From an uncultured archaeon (GTDB lineage: Archaea > Iainarchaeota > Iainarchaeia > Iainarchaeales > Iainarchaeaceae), in assembly GCA_964577555.1 (NCBI GenBank), contig CAZNZM010000007.1:1-32000 (forward strand): DNA of 32,000 nt, read 5' to 3'. A model generated the notes under the pieces. It was not told the DNA's origin, did no database searches, and saw only the letters and a program-made list of their open reading frames with translations. The number at the start of each line of letters is the position of its first letter. The first letter of the stretch is position 1. Below, piece after piece: positions 1-9,279 of the stretch. The translations under genes and the position numbers were made by a program.

Positions 1-457
1 TTTTTGGCTGGTTGAGTTTTTTAAAATCCATTATTTTTGTGAGCCGATTTTTTTTGTTTTTTTGCGAGTTGTTTTTTTTTGGCAATTTTTTTCATGATTT
101 TTTTTTGAACGTTTTTTTTTAATTTTTTTTGGCGAGCCATTTTTTTTGTCATTGTTTTTTTTGTGAGCCATTTTTTTAGACAATTTTTATTTTTTTTGGT
201 AAAGATTTTTTTTATCAGCTGTTTTTTTTGTCATTTTTTTTGTTGGTTGTTTTTTTTGTTTTTTTTGTGTTTGTTTTGTGAGCCGTTTTTTTAGACAATT
301 TTTGTTTTTATTTTTTTTGGTTTGAAGTTTTGTTTTTTTTGCGAGCCAATTTTGTTTTTTTTTTTGTGGGATGATTTTTTTTGTCATTATTTTTTTTTGT
401 TTTTTTTTGCGAGCCAATTTTGTTTTTTTTGTGAGCCAATTTTTTTGTAATTTTTTT
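1..457. repeat. Degenerate tandem array of oligo-T tracts (T6-T11 on + strand) punctuated by G[T/C]GAGCC motifs; probably non-coding
   Basis: G[T/C]GAGCC occurs at 39, 132, 163, 278, 341, 409 and 431, with a variant GCGAGTT at 64. The 22-mer gcgagccaattttgtttttttt is identical at 341 and 409. gtgagcc(a/g)tttttttagacaattttt occurs at 163 and 278. tttttttgtcatt occurs at about 141, 223 and 376. Motif spacings (25, 68, 31, 115, 63, 68, 22 nt) are mostly not multiples of 3, which argues against a coding repeat. Confidence 0.7.
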
Positions 458-1288
458 TTAACAATTAAATTCACAAAATGGACTTTGCCTTCCTGCAATG
501 GTGCCGTTTGGGCAAATTTTTGCTTCCAAAGTGCAACCTTCATTTTCCATTTTTTTCCAACCAAGAGTCTTAAGTTTTGCCGAGTGCCTTGCATCAACAA
601 GTATTGCTATTTCATCTCCTCTTGGACAAGAACACCCCATGCATACGACATCAGTAAATCTGCGCCATGCATAATCTTCCACTTTAATGCCTTGGCTTTC
701 CATATATTTAATTATCATGTATTTTTCATCTTTCATTTTTTGCTGGTTTTCGGATGCAAACCATTTTTCCCAATTGTTTTCCCCGCATTGCGCCGGTTTT
801 ATATAAAACCACTCCAAATTTTGCGTTTGGTTTTCTTCGCCATTTTCTGATTGCTTTTTTTCCACTATTATTTCAGCCGATTTTTCTGTTATTGAAACAA
901 GTTTGAAATAATAATCCAAAAATTCAGCGCTTTTTGCCCTGATTTCTCCAAGATAAATTTTTTCTTTCCAAATATTGCCCGAATTGTCCTTTGCTTTTAC
1001 ATTCATTGTTATGCCAAGTTCTCCAGCCCAAATGCATTGTGTTCCTGCAGGACATCGCGAATCATCAATCGATTCTATGTAAATTGTCATGGTTTCACTA
1101 ATGTCAGAATAAATTTGTCCTGCATATGCTTCAAAAGGTTTGTTGAATTCTAAAAGCAAAGGTATTGTTTGCTTGGCATTGTCGTTTCCTTGTTTAGTTT
1201 CGCCATTTTTGTAGTTTATGTTGTCATTTTTGGCGCATCCTACTAGTATAAAAATTATTAGTAGTAATGCCAATATTTTTTCTTTCAT
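458..1288 (-). CDS. Exported Cys-rich lipoprotein, function unknown
   Basis: 276-aa ORF with an ATG start. The N-terminus MKEKILALLLIIFILVGC is a signal peptide plus lipobox-like LVGC. Paired Cys motifs are present (RCPAGTQC, CMGCSCP). The C-terminus has a CPNGT...SPFCEFNC motif of a kind I recall seeing in other small exported proteins. Confidence 0.75.
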   Translation of the reverse strand: MKEKILALLLIIFILVGCAKNDNINYKNGETKQGNDNAKQTIPLLLEFNKPFEAYAGQIYSDISETMTIYIESIDDSRCPAGTQCIWAGELGITMNVKAKDNSGNIWKEKIYLGEIRAKSAEFLDYYFKLVSITEKSAEIIVEKKQSENGEENQTQNLEWFYIKPAQCGENNWEKWFASENQQKMKDEKYMIIKYMESQGIKVEDYAWRRFTDVVCMGCSCPRGDEIAILVDARHSAKLKTLGWKKMENEGCTLEAKICPNGTIAGRQSPFCEFNC

Positions 1289-1370
1289 AAAGCAATATAT
1301 TGTTTAAGAATCTTAAAAAATAATTATGTTTGGCTAAAAGCATTTAAATAGTCTTGATTTATTTATTTCC

Positions 1371-2147
1371 ATGAAAAAAACAGTTGGAACAAAAAAAGTT
1401 TTTAAAAAATCCTATGCTGAACAGCTTAAAGGACATAAAAAAGCAGAAAAACAACATTCTAAAGTGACTGGCGAATATGTTGGTGAAATTGTTTATGGTG
1501 CTCTTGACGGCATTGTCACTACATTTGCTATTGTTGCCGGCTCTGCCGGGGCAAGCCTTTCTCCAGGCATAATAATTGTTTTGGGTTTTGCAAATCTTGT
1601 TGCTGACGGCCTTTCAATGTCCGTTGGAAGATACCTTTCGTTGAAGTCAGAACAATCGTATTATGAAGCCCAAAAAAAAGAGGAAGAAAATGAAATTGAA
1701 GAATTTCCAGATGTTGAAAAAGACGAAATAAGACAAATTTATAAGACACAGGGTTTTTCCGGCAAAAAACTTGAAACACTTGTTTCTCTCATAACTTCTC
1801 AAAAAACCGCTTGGGTGAATACTATGATGTTTGGCGAACTTGGACTTGTGTTGAATAAAAAAGACGCTGTCAAAGCTGGGTTGTTGACCTATGCTGCTTT
1901 TGTGATTGCAGGATTTGTGCCCCTGCTTTCCTTTGTATTATCTTATTTTTTTCCAATAAACGAAAAAATTCTTTTTCCAACAGCATTTTTGCTTACATTT
2001 GCCACCATGTTTATTGTGGGTTCTCTTCGCTCTCTTGTAATAGCAAAAAATTGGTTTTTGGCAGGGCTTGAAATGCTTTTAATAGGCGGACTTACAGCAA
2101 TAGCTTCATATTTGGTTGGCTTGTTTTTGGGTTCAATAATTTTATGA
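1371..2147 (+). CDS. VIT1/CCC1-family iron/manganese transporter
   Basis: 258 aa. The N-terminal block GEIVYGALDGIVTTFAIVAGSAGA and ANLVADGLSMSVGRYLS is typical of the VIT1 family, and C-terminal TM helices are present. Confidence 0.85.
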   Translation: MKKTVGTKKVFKKSYAEQLKGHKKAEKQHSKVTGEYVGEIVYGALDGIVTTFAIVAGSAGASLSPGIIIVLGFANLVADGLSMSVGRYLSLKSEQSYYEAQKKEEENEIEEFPDVEKDEIRQIYKTQGFSGKKLETLVSLITSQKTAWVNTMMFGELGLVLNKKDAVKAGLLTYAAFVIAGFVPLLSFVLSYFFPINEKILFPTAFLLTFATMFIVGSLRSLVIAKNWFLAGLEMLLIGGLTAIASYLVGLFLGSIIL

Positions 2148-2177
2148 AAACGCTAAAATCCGTTTTATTGTTTTTTT
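2147..2177. terminator. Short hairpin (AAAACG/CGTTTT) plus T-run between convergent genes
   Basis: aaaacg at 2147-2152 pairs with cgtttt at 2161-2166, followed by attg and T7 at 2171-2177. The element sits between the VIT1 stop and the hydrolase stop and partly overlaps the hydrolase 3' end. Confidence 0.35.
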
Positions 2178-2914
2178 GGCAACACCCATTCGATTATTTC
2201 TTTTTCAATATTTGTAGGCCCAAACATTTTAGTCCCATGCCCAGCGTTTTTCAAACCCCTGAATTTCGCATTTGGCATGAGTTGTACTAATGCTTTTGAA
2301 GAACCAAAAGAATATGCGTCTTCCTCGCTTGCAATTACAAGAGCCTTTGCCGTTACATTTGGAGCATTTTTTTCAATATCAATCCCCTTATAGTTCATTC
2401 CAGGGGAAAGAAGCACTATTTTTTCAATTGAATCGTCACGCGACGCATAATTAACAACAGTGTTTGCTCCAATGCTTGCACCAATCAGTACTTTCAAATC
2501 GTAGCCGTTTTTTTCTAAATGCTCTTTTGCAGCTTTGACATCCAATTCCATTGACCTGAAATCACTTTCCGAAAAAGAATTATAATTTAATTTAACCCCG
2601 TTTTTATCAAGGCTTTCACCATGCCCTCTTAAATCAATTGCAAGAGCAGTATAATTTGCATCTTGAAATTTTTTTGCAAGAGAATCATAAGTTGACTTGT
2701 CCAAAGAAAACTGGTGAAGCATTAGAACTGCATTTTTTTCACTTTCATACAAATTGCCTTTTATTGTAAAACCATCCTCTGTCTTGAATTCGATTTTCTG
2801 CATTCTTTTAATTCCCATGTTATCACCCTCTGCATCTGCGTTGTTATCATAAACTTTGCCGCATCCTGAAAGAAGAATTAAACCGCATAATATGATTATA
2901 ATTGCGTTCTTCAT
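2165..2914 (-). CDS. Exported alpha/beta-fold hydrolase (lipoprotein)
   Basis: 249 aa. Signal peptide plus lipobox (LILLSGCGK). DLRGHGES and a nucleophile-elbow-like GASIGAN fit the alpha/beta hydrolase fold. The ATG at 2914 overlaps the thyX TGA stop (ATGA). Confidence 0.8.
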   Translation of the reverse strand: MKNAIIIILCGLILLSGCGKVYDNNADAEGDNMGIKRMQKIEFKTEDGFTIKGNLYESEKNAVLMLHQFSLDKSTYDSLAKKFQDANYTALAIDLRGHGESLDKNGVKLNYNSFSESDFRSMELDVKAAKEHLEKNGYDLKVLIGASIGANTVVNYASRDDSIEKIVLLSPGMNYKGIDIEKNAPNVTAKALVIASEEDAYSFGSSKALVQLMPNAKFRGLKNAGHGTKMFGPTNIEKEIIEWVLPKKQ

Positions 2915-4536
2915 TTTTTTGCCCCGTACTTTTTTGCCAATTCTTCTAACTTTTTGTCTATTCTTTTTTCTGATTCCAGCCTTTCAAGGCCAGCTTCTCT
3001 ATAATCAACAAATTTCATGTGCTCAACAAGTTCGGGATGAACCTTTCTTACTTCACCCAGCATTTTAAGAACTACTCTGCGATAATCAGGATGCCCGTGT
3101 ATTGTTGACCTCAATTCAACCAAATGATAAAGCTCCCTTAGATTAAGCATGCATGAAAATCTTATTTTATATGCAAAAGGCACTACATATTGTGCTTCAA
3201 ACCTCAAATCTTTTCTTATTTTATAAAAAGTTTCTGCCGCCATGTGCATTTTTTCCACAAATTCTTTGTCAGCTCCTATTTCCTTCAATTCAATTGGAAT
3301 GTCAAAGCCATGCACTACGCTAAGCCCTTGCCTTTGCTGGGTCATTACTCTGTGCCTATGGAGATCCCTGAAAGAAGCAAAATTCATAATCACGTCAAAT
3401 TCATAATACGTATGTTCAAATCCTCTTCCCGGCTTGTGCCTCCTGTTCTGCCTCCTGCCCAAATACTCTTTTATTATTTGCTTTTTCTTTTCCGCTTCCA
3501 TCAAAGAAACCGCTTTTTTTAGTTCTATCAATGGCATTTCGGAATAAGGATAAAGCGAGGCCGCTAAAACATCATCAACTGCGTTATTGTCGTACTTGAC
3601 CAGCGTAACTTCTTTTGATTCCGGAAAAGGCATGCCGCCTAATTCCAAATCATATAAATTTTGCATTCCTTTACGGGTCTCTGAAATAAATTTTGTTGTA
3701 GCATCCCCAAATTCCCCTTTGGCTCGTTTTACAAATGATGGAATAACCTTCATTAGTTCTTCATGCATTTCTTTGGCTATTTCGTTTATTTCTGCGAATT
3801 GTGAAGAATAAAGTTTAACCAACAAGTATTCAAATGCCCTGCCATTGCCATAAAGCCCTACATTGGTAAGTGTCGAAGCAGGAAGAAAACCTCTAAGTAT
3901 GTCGCATGCTTTTGCTTTAATGCTTGAATTATAAGCTCTCTCGCTTTCGTCTCCTTTCGGAAATTTTTCCATCAAATTTTTTTTTAAAGGCTCAATCCAC
4001 TTTGCATAAGAATCAAACAAAGAATCACAAGTTTCAACATACAGATCAGCATGCTTTGACTCCATTATTTTGGGTTCCAAACAATACAAGTATTTACCAT
4101 CCACTTTTTTATCAAAATAAACATAACGAGTGCTCTTTTCAAGAGGCGAAATTCCCAACCTTGAATCTTCTATGAACTTTGCAGCAATATTGCTGATGTT
4201 TTCACAGGCAACGTGTGCACCGCCAAGTTCTGCAACAGAATCGTCTCCATAACCTACCAAAACCCTGTCATAAAATTCTTCAGCTTTTTGAGTTGCAATA
4301 GCTTGCCTTTGCCCCATTTCCTCGCTAACTGAAACCAACTCGTTGAACAAGGAATCCTTGTCATTAATAAACTCGTCAAGCAAAAGCCTTCTAAGGGATT
4401 TTTCGCTTCTGCTATAACGCGAAAATAAAGCCCCTTTTACAACTTCAGGAAGATTCTTCAAGACAAATATGTCTTTGTCAAGATTGGAAAAAAATTTTGC
4501 AAGAGCTTTTTCTTCATTTTCGCTAAAGCGCTCCAT
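2911..4536 (-). CDS. thyX: FAD-dependent thymidylate synthase, long (about 540 aa) ThyX form
   Basis: 541 aa. A ThyX-type RHR motif (FRDLHRHRVMTQQRQ) lies in the C-terminal half, and a degenerate ThyX-like half (FSRYSRSEKSLRRL) lies N-terminally. GGTGA sits 4 nt upstream of the ATG. Confidence 0.8.
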   Translation of the reverse strand: MERFSENEEKALAKFFSNLDKDIFVLKNLPEVVKGALFSRYSRSEKSLRRLLLDEFINDKDSLFNELVSVSEEMGQRQAIATQKAEEFYDRVLVGYGDDSVAELGGAHVACENISNIAAKFIEDSRLGISPLEKSTRYVYFDKKVDGKYLYCLEPKIMESKHADLYVETCDSLFDSYAKWIEPLKKNLMEKFPKGDESERAYNSSIKAKACDILRGFLPASTLTNVGLYGNGRAFEYLLVKLYSSQFAEINEIAKEMHEELMKVIPSFVKRAKGEFGDATTKFISETRKGMQNLYDLELGGMPFPESKEVTLVKYDNNAVDDVLAASLYPYSEMPLIELKKAVSLMEAEKKKQIIKEYLGRRQNRRHKPGRGFEHTYYEFDVIMNFASFRDLHRHRVMTQQRQGLSVVHGFDIPIELKEIGADKEFVEKMHMAAETFYKIRKDLRFEAQYVVPFAYKIRFSCMLNLRELYHLVELRSTIHGHPDYRRVVLKMLGEVRKVHPELVEHMKFVDYREAGLERLESEKRIDKKLEELAKKYGAKK

Positions 4537-4694
4537 TTGTTCACCATTAAAAATTTAACCTGGCAAATTTAAAAATAATTGCAATTGCATTATTGTTGAT
4601 TTTTTTTGCATTATTTTTGTTATAATACTAATTTGAAGCCAAAATTTGCAAAATTATTCCAAATATATTTTTAAACTAAAAGTAAATTTTCTTG

Positions 4695-4702
4695 AAAAAA
4701 AA
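4695..4702 (-). terminator. Oligo-T (T8 on - strand) terminator candidate after the giant surface-protein gene
   Basis: An A8 run on the + strand lies 19 nt downstream of the stop at 4721-4723. Oligo-T is the usual archaeal termination signal. Confidence 0.4.
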
Positions 4703-4720
4703 TTATATTTAATGCATTTG

Positions 4721-7700
4721 TTATTTGTTTTTTCTCAAAACAAACAATACGCCTATTGCTATTGCCAAAATCAATAATGGATTTATTTCAGGAGCTTCAA
4801 CGCTTTTTACTTCATAAATTAATACATTAACCGAATCAATATTGTCGGTTTTTGGTTTTTCTTCATTTGTTACATCTTTGTTTGCATGGTCAAAAACATT
4901 TGTAATCCTTGCGGTAATTATCCAAATTCCTTTGGGCAAGTTGTTTATTTTCCAAGGGATTCTTTGATGCAAGCTTTCAGGAATCCTTTCGCTAAGATTA
5001 AATACGATTTCTTCGCTATTTTTTATTTCTTCAGTATAATTGTCGCTGATTCTTGTTGCTGTCACTTTGTAAAATATTTTTCCTATTTTTCCATTTTTTC
5101 TTATTCCATGCACATCAATCATTATAGTGTCAACATTGTCAATCTTGTAATATTTTTGATCGGTGCTTATGTTAATTGCCACCGAATAAGGTCCAACATC
5201 AATGTTTTGGAAACCAATTGTTTTAGTGCATTCTGCAAATTTAGTGCCGTTCAAATAAAGACTGAGTTTTGCTTCATAATTATCTTTTGCATATCCATAA
5301 GTGTGTTGAGCTATGAAATTTGTTGGCAAATTAAGATAATTTTCGGTTGGTGACCCATCCCCGAAGTCAAGTATTGCGGTTCCATTCAATAATTGTTCTC
5401 TTGTAAGGTTAGAGTAATTTACGTTTCTTAATTCTATTTCTCTTGATGGACTGTTCGGGTCGGTAAAAACCAATTCTTGAATTTCGCAATTAGGCGTTGC
5501 ACCAACATTATCATTGTCTTTAATTCTTACTATTGCACTGTTTTTGGAGGCATCTGTTTCATAATTACTATTATTGACAACAGATAGTATAATAGTTTCA
5601 ATGTTTTCATTTTCAATGTCATGCAAAGGAATTACATCCAAGTATGCTTCATTGGAATTTGCAGGAATTATAATATTGTTTCCCAATTCAGCATAATCAA
5701 TTCTGTTTGTTGCAGTGCCGCTTATTGACAAATTGACAACCAATTCTTTTGTATTGTCATCGGTTTCCCGCCATATTTTGAATCTTCCAGCGTCATTAAC
5801 TATTCTATTGTCATTGTCAGGTTCTTCTGCTTCATCATCCAAAGCCTCTATTCTTACAACCGTTTTTTTTGCAAGAGGTTCTTTGATTACTGTTACTTCA
5901 GTTTTTTTGCAATTAATTAATTGGGAATCGTTTTTAATGGTTGCACTCACTTCAAATTTTCCGCTGTCCGTGAATTCGCAGTTTGCAGTGCATTTTCCTT
6001 CAAAAGGCGGGACATTGTTTGTTGAAGTGCAACTCAATGTTGATTCTTTTCCATTGCAATGCATTTTTGAATCGTTGTTCAAACCAGGGTTTTCCTTGAA
6101 GCCAGAGTAAACCACTTCAAAAGTTTTTATTCCTGTCTTGATTTCGCTCGTTCCTCTTATTGAACATTGAGGACTGCTTATTATTGTAGCTTTTGCATAA
6201 TCCGATGCCTTGACATTGTCCGAATCCGTTACAGTCAATTTTACAATTGTTTCTCCAAGAGAATTGCAATTCAAAACAGCATTTTTTTGGTCTTTGTCAT
6301 TTTTTATATTGCAATCTGCTCCGTTTTCAATTATTTCCCACTCCCAATTGGTGTAAGGTTCGGTTCCGCCTGTTGCCGAACCATTGAAAAATACGGGTTT
6401 TCTGAAATATTCCACAATGTCAGGTCCGGCATCAACAGACAAAGGTTCAACCAAATTTATTTTATGTTCAGCCCAATCTGATTTCAATCCTGTTTCGTCA
6501 ATTGCTATTGCATAAATGGTTTTTTCGCCTTTTGTTCCCCACCTCTTTGGAAAGTTTACTTCAGTATTGCTTGGCACGTACTCTTCAGGCAACCATTGAT
6601 CAGCAATCTTGTCTTCATCAAAATCAACGCCAAACCTTATTTTCTTTTCTTGCGGATGGGTTCCAACAACTGAAAAACCGTATTCGGTACCAACATGGCC
6701 TTTTATTGGTCCTTTGATTATAGGCTTGTTTGGAGGCAGATTTTCAACAAGCTGGTTTGCATTCAAATTGAATTCTATTCTTTGTTCCGGAACTTCAAGA
6801 ATAAACGGGTCATTTATTGCCCGGTTTTTATAATTTAACATTATGTTATTCAAATTCCTAAAATTTTCATAATCTGGTTCGCTAAAACCTGTTACAAGAG
6901 AAATTAATTGCAAAAAATAACTATTGTATGCCAATTCAGAGTCTCTTTTTTTAAAAACATATAATGGAATGTTGTTTCCATAACAATCTGTTGGAGCATA
7001 CTTATGTTCTCTTGGCCTAATAAGTTCTATATTTCGCTCTGTATAATAAAATCTATAATATAATTTGCCATGCGTGTCCGAAAAAATAAAAACAGGCTTT
7101 ATTGTCCCGCCACTTGTTACCTTGCATTCGTATTCATCTTCGCTTATTTTTTTACAATCCAAATTTGCCGTTCCATTCTGTTCAATTCTTACATTTGGCG
7201 GATTTATTGACAATGCTATGTAAATCTTTCTTAAAGCTGTCACATTATCGGCAACAGCATACTGGTTTTTTCCAATATAATATTCCTCGTCACATGTAAT
7301 ATTACCATTTTCCGGAGGATCGGCATTTTTTATCCAAACACCATAAGGACTATCAAACGAATAACCTATTCCGGACCATTCAATATCAGTGTCTTCCCTT
7401 GGCAAAAACTTGAACAACAAGGTTGAGCCTATTGGCACAGCCTCGTTGTTTTGCAAAATTTTTCCAGTATCTTTGTTAATAACTTGTGCTCCGTATGAAA
7501 CTCCAAACCTTGCATTTTTTAATCCAACTTCCAAAAGCCCGCCCCATTTATATCCTGATCTTGAAATTAACAATGCTGTTGTAGGCAATGAATCGTCCCA
7601 ATAATAAAAAGGCTTGGTTTCAGTTTTTTCCCATTTTATTGTTCCAAGTCCTGTTTTTGCTGCTTGAGCGTTTTCAGGCATTACCACTAAAATTATTGAA

Positions 7701-9073
7701 ACCAACACGAAAAACAAAAGCACGTTTACAACTTCGCCTTTGAATTTTTTAAAAACCAAAAAAACCAATCCGATAATTGACACAATAGCCAATACAGCAA
7801 ACAAAATTATTTTAGTATAATCCTTTTCCGTCACCACTTTTCCCAAAGGCTCTTTTTTCTTAGGCAAAACACATTTTTCTGGATTTATTTCACTGCAATC
7901 ATAATTCAGGTTTGCAGTGTCAACTAGCTTTTCGTTAACATAAAGATTCGCAAGAATCTTTGCAACAGAAATCCTTTTTTCTTGCACAATTTCAGATTTA
8001 AAACCCATTATGTCCCCGGTGATTTTGCCAGAATATGACAACTCTCCAATTTTTTTGCCATCGTAATCATATACCAACATTTCAAACCTTCCGTTTTCAA
8101 TGAACTCATCAGAACCGGTGCTGTGAATGCATGCAAAAACACCGCCTTGTTTGTTGGCATCTATTGGAAATTTGTCAAACGAAACAAAGTTTATTCTTGC
8201 ATTTTTAAGTTCTTCCCTTACAAAACGTATTTCCAAAATAGAGTACGTGTCAAGGTATTGGGCTTCCAAAGACAAAACATTAACAGGATTTGACTTGTCA
8301 TTTATTAAATGCACCAACTTAAGTTTTGACAAAGGAGCCAACCTTATTTTTTCAATTTTTTCATAAATTAAATTGTCTTTGCTTGTTGAATCCCAAGAAT
8401 ACAACTTCCATTTTACAATAACTTCCGCATTCTTATCTGTTTCATTAACCAAAAAAGACTCCACTTTAATGTCTTCATTTTTACCAAACTTTGGAGGGAA
8501 CTTAATGAATTTATGATTTTCACCATTTAGTTTAACGCTGTTCTTGTCAAGATAAACCCCAGTGTTGTCCGATTTCACAGCAAACCTGAATTTGTTTCCA
8601 ATGACATCGTCAGTAAAAGGCAAGCCAAGCAAATTGAACTTTTTTGAAACCATGAAAAAAACAGCTATTTCGTAATCCCCTGGCAAAGCATTTGTCGGGA
8701 CTTTCCAATAAAAATTCAATTTTTTAGTGGCGTTGGCATCAACCTGGACTTTTTCAACGGCAAAAAACTTGTCAACAAGGTTTCCGCCATGATAATAATT
8801 AAGTTCTTTATCAGAATTCAACCTGAAAACCTTTACAAAAACACTGCCATCAACAACAGGGTAAGGATTTTCATTAATAATCAAACCTGAAATCAATAAG
8901 TTTTGTCCCGGCACAACAGAACTTGTTTCGCCTTGAATTGGCACCTTTACGCTTCCAAATTTGTAATAATCAAAACAATCAACAGCCTCTGTTTTGGCAA
9001 AAGCAAAAGAAAAATCCAAAACAAGAGCCAAAATTAAAGAAATCACTAAAAAAATTTTTATGGATTTTAACAT
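4721..9073 (-). CDS. Giant (1450 aa) membrane-anchored surface protein with PKD-like and Calx-beta-like domains
   Basis: N-terminal signal/TM (MLKSIKIFLVISLILALVLDFSFAFA). Internal TM hairpin at nt about 7665-7812 (IILFAVLAIVSIIGLVFLVF-KKFKGE-VVNVLLFFVLVSIILVV...AQA). PKD-like SVDAGPD...FFNGSATGG...WEWEI at nt about 6190-6447. Calx-beta-like VVRIEALDDEAEEPDND...SISGTATNRIDY...VRIKDND at nt about 5510-5865. C-terminal TM plus basic tail LLILAIAIGVLFVLRKNK. Confidence 0.9.
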   Translation of the reverse strand: MLKSIKIFLVISLILALVLDFSFAFAKTEAVDCFDYYKFGSVKVPIQGETSSVVPGQNLLISGLIINENPYPVVDGSVFVKVFRLNSDKELNYYHGGNLVDKFFAVEKVQVDANATKKLNFYWKVPTNALPGDYEIAVFFMVSKKFNLLGLPFTDDVIGNKFRFAVKSDNTGVYLDKNSVKLNGENHKFIKFPPKFGKNEDIKVESFLVNETDKNAEVIVKWKLYSWDSTSKDNLIYEKIEKIRLAPLSKLKLVHLINDKSNPVNVLSLEAQYLDTYSILEIRFVREELKNARINFVSFDKFPIDANKQGGVFACIHSTGSDEFIENGRFEMLVYDYDGKKIGELSYSGKITGDIMGFKSEIVQEKRISVAKILANLYVNEKLVDTANLNYDCSEINPEKCVLPKKKEPLGKVVTEKDYTKIILFAVLAIVSIIGLVFLVFKKFKGEVVNVLLFFVLVSIILVVMPENAQAAKTGLGTIKWEKTETKPFYYWDDSLPTTALLISRSGYKWGGLLEVGLKNARFGVSYGAQVINKDTGKILQNNEAVPIGSTLLFKFLPREDTDIEWSGIGYSFDSPYGVWIKNADPPENGNITCDEEYYIGKNQYAVADNVTALRKIYIALSINPPNVRIEQNGTANLDCKKISEDEYECKVTSGGTIKPVFIFSDTHGKLYYRFYYTERNIELIRPREHKYAPTDCYGNNIPLYVFKKRDSELAYNSYFLQLISLVTGFSEPDYENFRNLNNIMLNYKNRAINDPFILEVPEQRIEFNLNANQLVENLPPNKPIIKGPIKGHVGTEYGFSVVGTHPQEKKIRFGVDFDEDKIADQWLPEEYVPSNTEVNFPKRWGTKGEKTIYAIAIDETGLKSDWAEHKINLVEPLSVDAGPDIVEYFRKPVFFNGSATGGTEPYTNWEWEIIENGADCNIKNDKDQKNAVLNCNSLGETIVKLTVTDSDNVKASDYAKATIISSPQCSIRGTSEIKTGIKTFEVVYSGFKENPGLNNDSKMHCNGKESTLSCTSTNNVPPFEGKCTANCEFTDSGKFEVSATIKNDSQLINCKKTEVTVIKEPLAKKTVVRIEALDDEAEEPDNDNRIVNDAGRFKIWRETDDNTKELVVNLSISGTATNRIDYAELGNNIIIPANSNEAYLDVIPLHDIENENIETIILSVVNNSNYETDASKNSAIVRIKDNDNVGATPNCEIQELVFTDPNSPSREIELRNVNYSNLTREQLLNGTAILDFGDGSPTENYLNLPTNFIAQHTYGYAKDNYEAKLSLYLNGTKFAECTKTIGFQNIDVGPYSVAINISTDQKYYKIDNVDTIMIDVHGIRKNGKIGKIFYKVTATRISDNYTEEIKNSEEIVFNLSERIPESLHQRIPWKINNLPKGIWIITARITNVFDHANKDVTNEEKPKTDNIDSVNVLIYEVKSVEAPEINPLLILAIAIGVLFVLRKNK

Positions 9074-9235
9074 AACTCCCTATTTAATTCTTTTTTTTCT
9101 TTTTTAATTCTTTCTTTTCTTTGTGCATGGTCAAACAACTATGCCTAAATTACCGCCTAATATGGCAAGTCAAGGACTTCTTTCAAAAACCTTTTTCTTT
9201 AAAATTAAGCCATAAATTTTAATAAATAATTAACG

Positions 9236-9279
9236 ACGTAAAATTCCATTATTTCTTACGTAAAATTCCATTATTTCTT
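9236..9279. repeat. Perfect 22-bp tandem duplication (acgtaaaattccattatttctt x2)
   Basis: Copy 1 is 9236-9257 and copy 2 is 9258-9279, with identical sequence. It overlaps the 3' end of a candidate 47-aa ORF and lies about 165-205 nt upstream of the giant gene start. Confidence 0.95.

Noticed and set aside
187-600. 137-aa Lys-rich ORF on the - strand across the oligo-T array
   Set aside because: Its 5' third overlaps the real lipoprotein gene in another frame. The rest is open mainly because poly-A encodes Lys in every frame. The underlying repeat units are not spaced in multiples of 3, so the repeat is read in different frames, and the frame is closed by an in-frame TAA at 187-189 in the middle of the array.
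371-850. Phe/Leu-rich or otherwise odd ORFs antisense to confident genes (e.g. 371-850, 5715-6110, 9343-9621, 10663-11070, 14144-14443, 22538-22870, 27954-28433, 28933-29325)
   Set aside because: They lie entirely inside, or antisense to, strongly supported CDSs or Lys-rich/A-rich sequence. Their composition is the mirror of the sense strand, and they have no motifs and often non-ATG starts.
2911-4536. 541-aa ThyX as a novel fusion
   Set aside because: Long pseudo-duplicated ThyX proteins of about 530 aa are already known (my recollection is a Chlamydia example). The N-terminal half looks like a degenerate ThyX repeat, so it is not novel.
4721-9073. Diversity-generating retroelement target (DGRs are common in DPANN surface proteins)
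   Set aside because: No reverse transcriptase ORF is present in the window. I found no template/variable repeat pair (a near-identical repeat of about 100 bp with A-specific mismatches) by eye.
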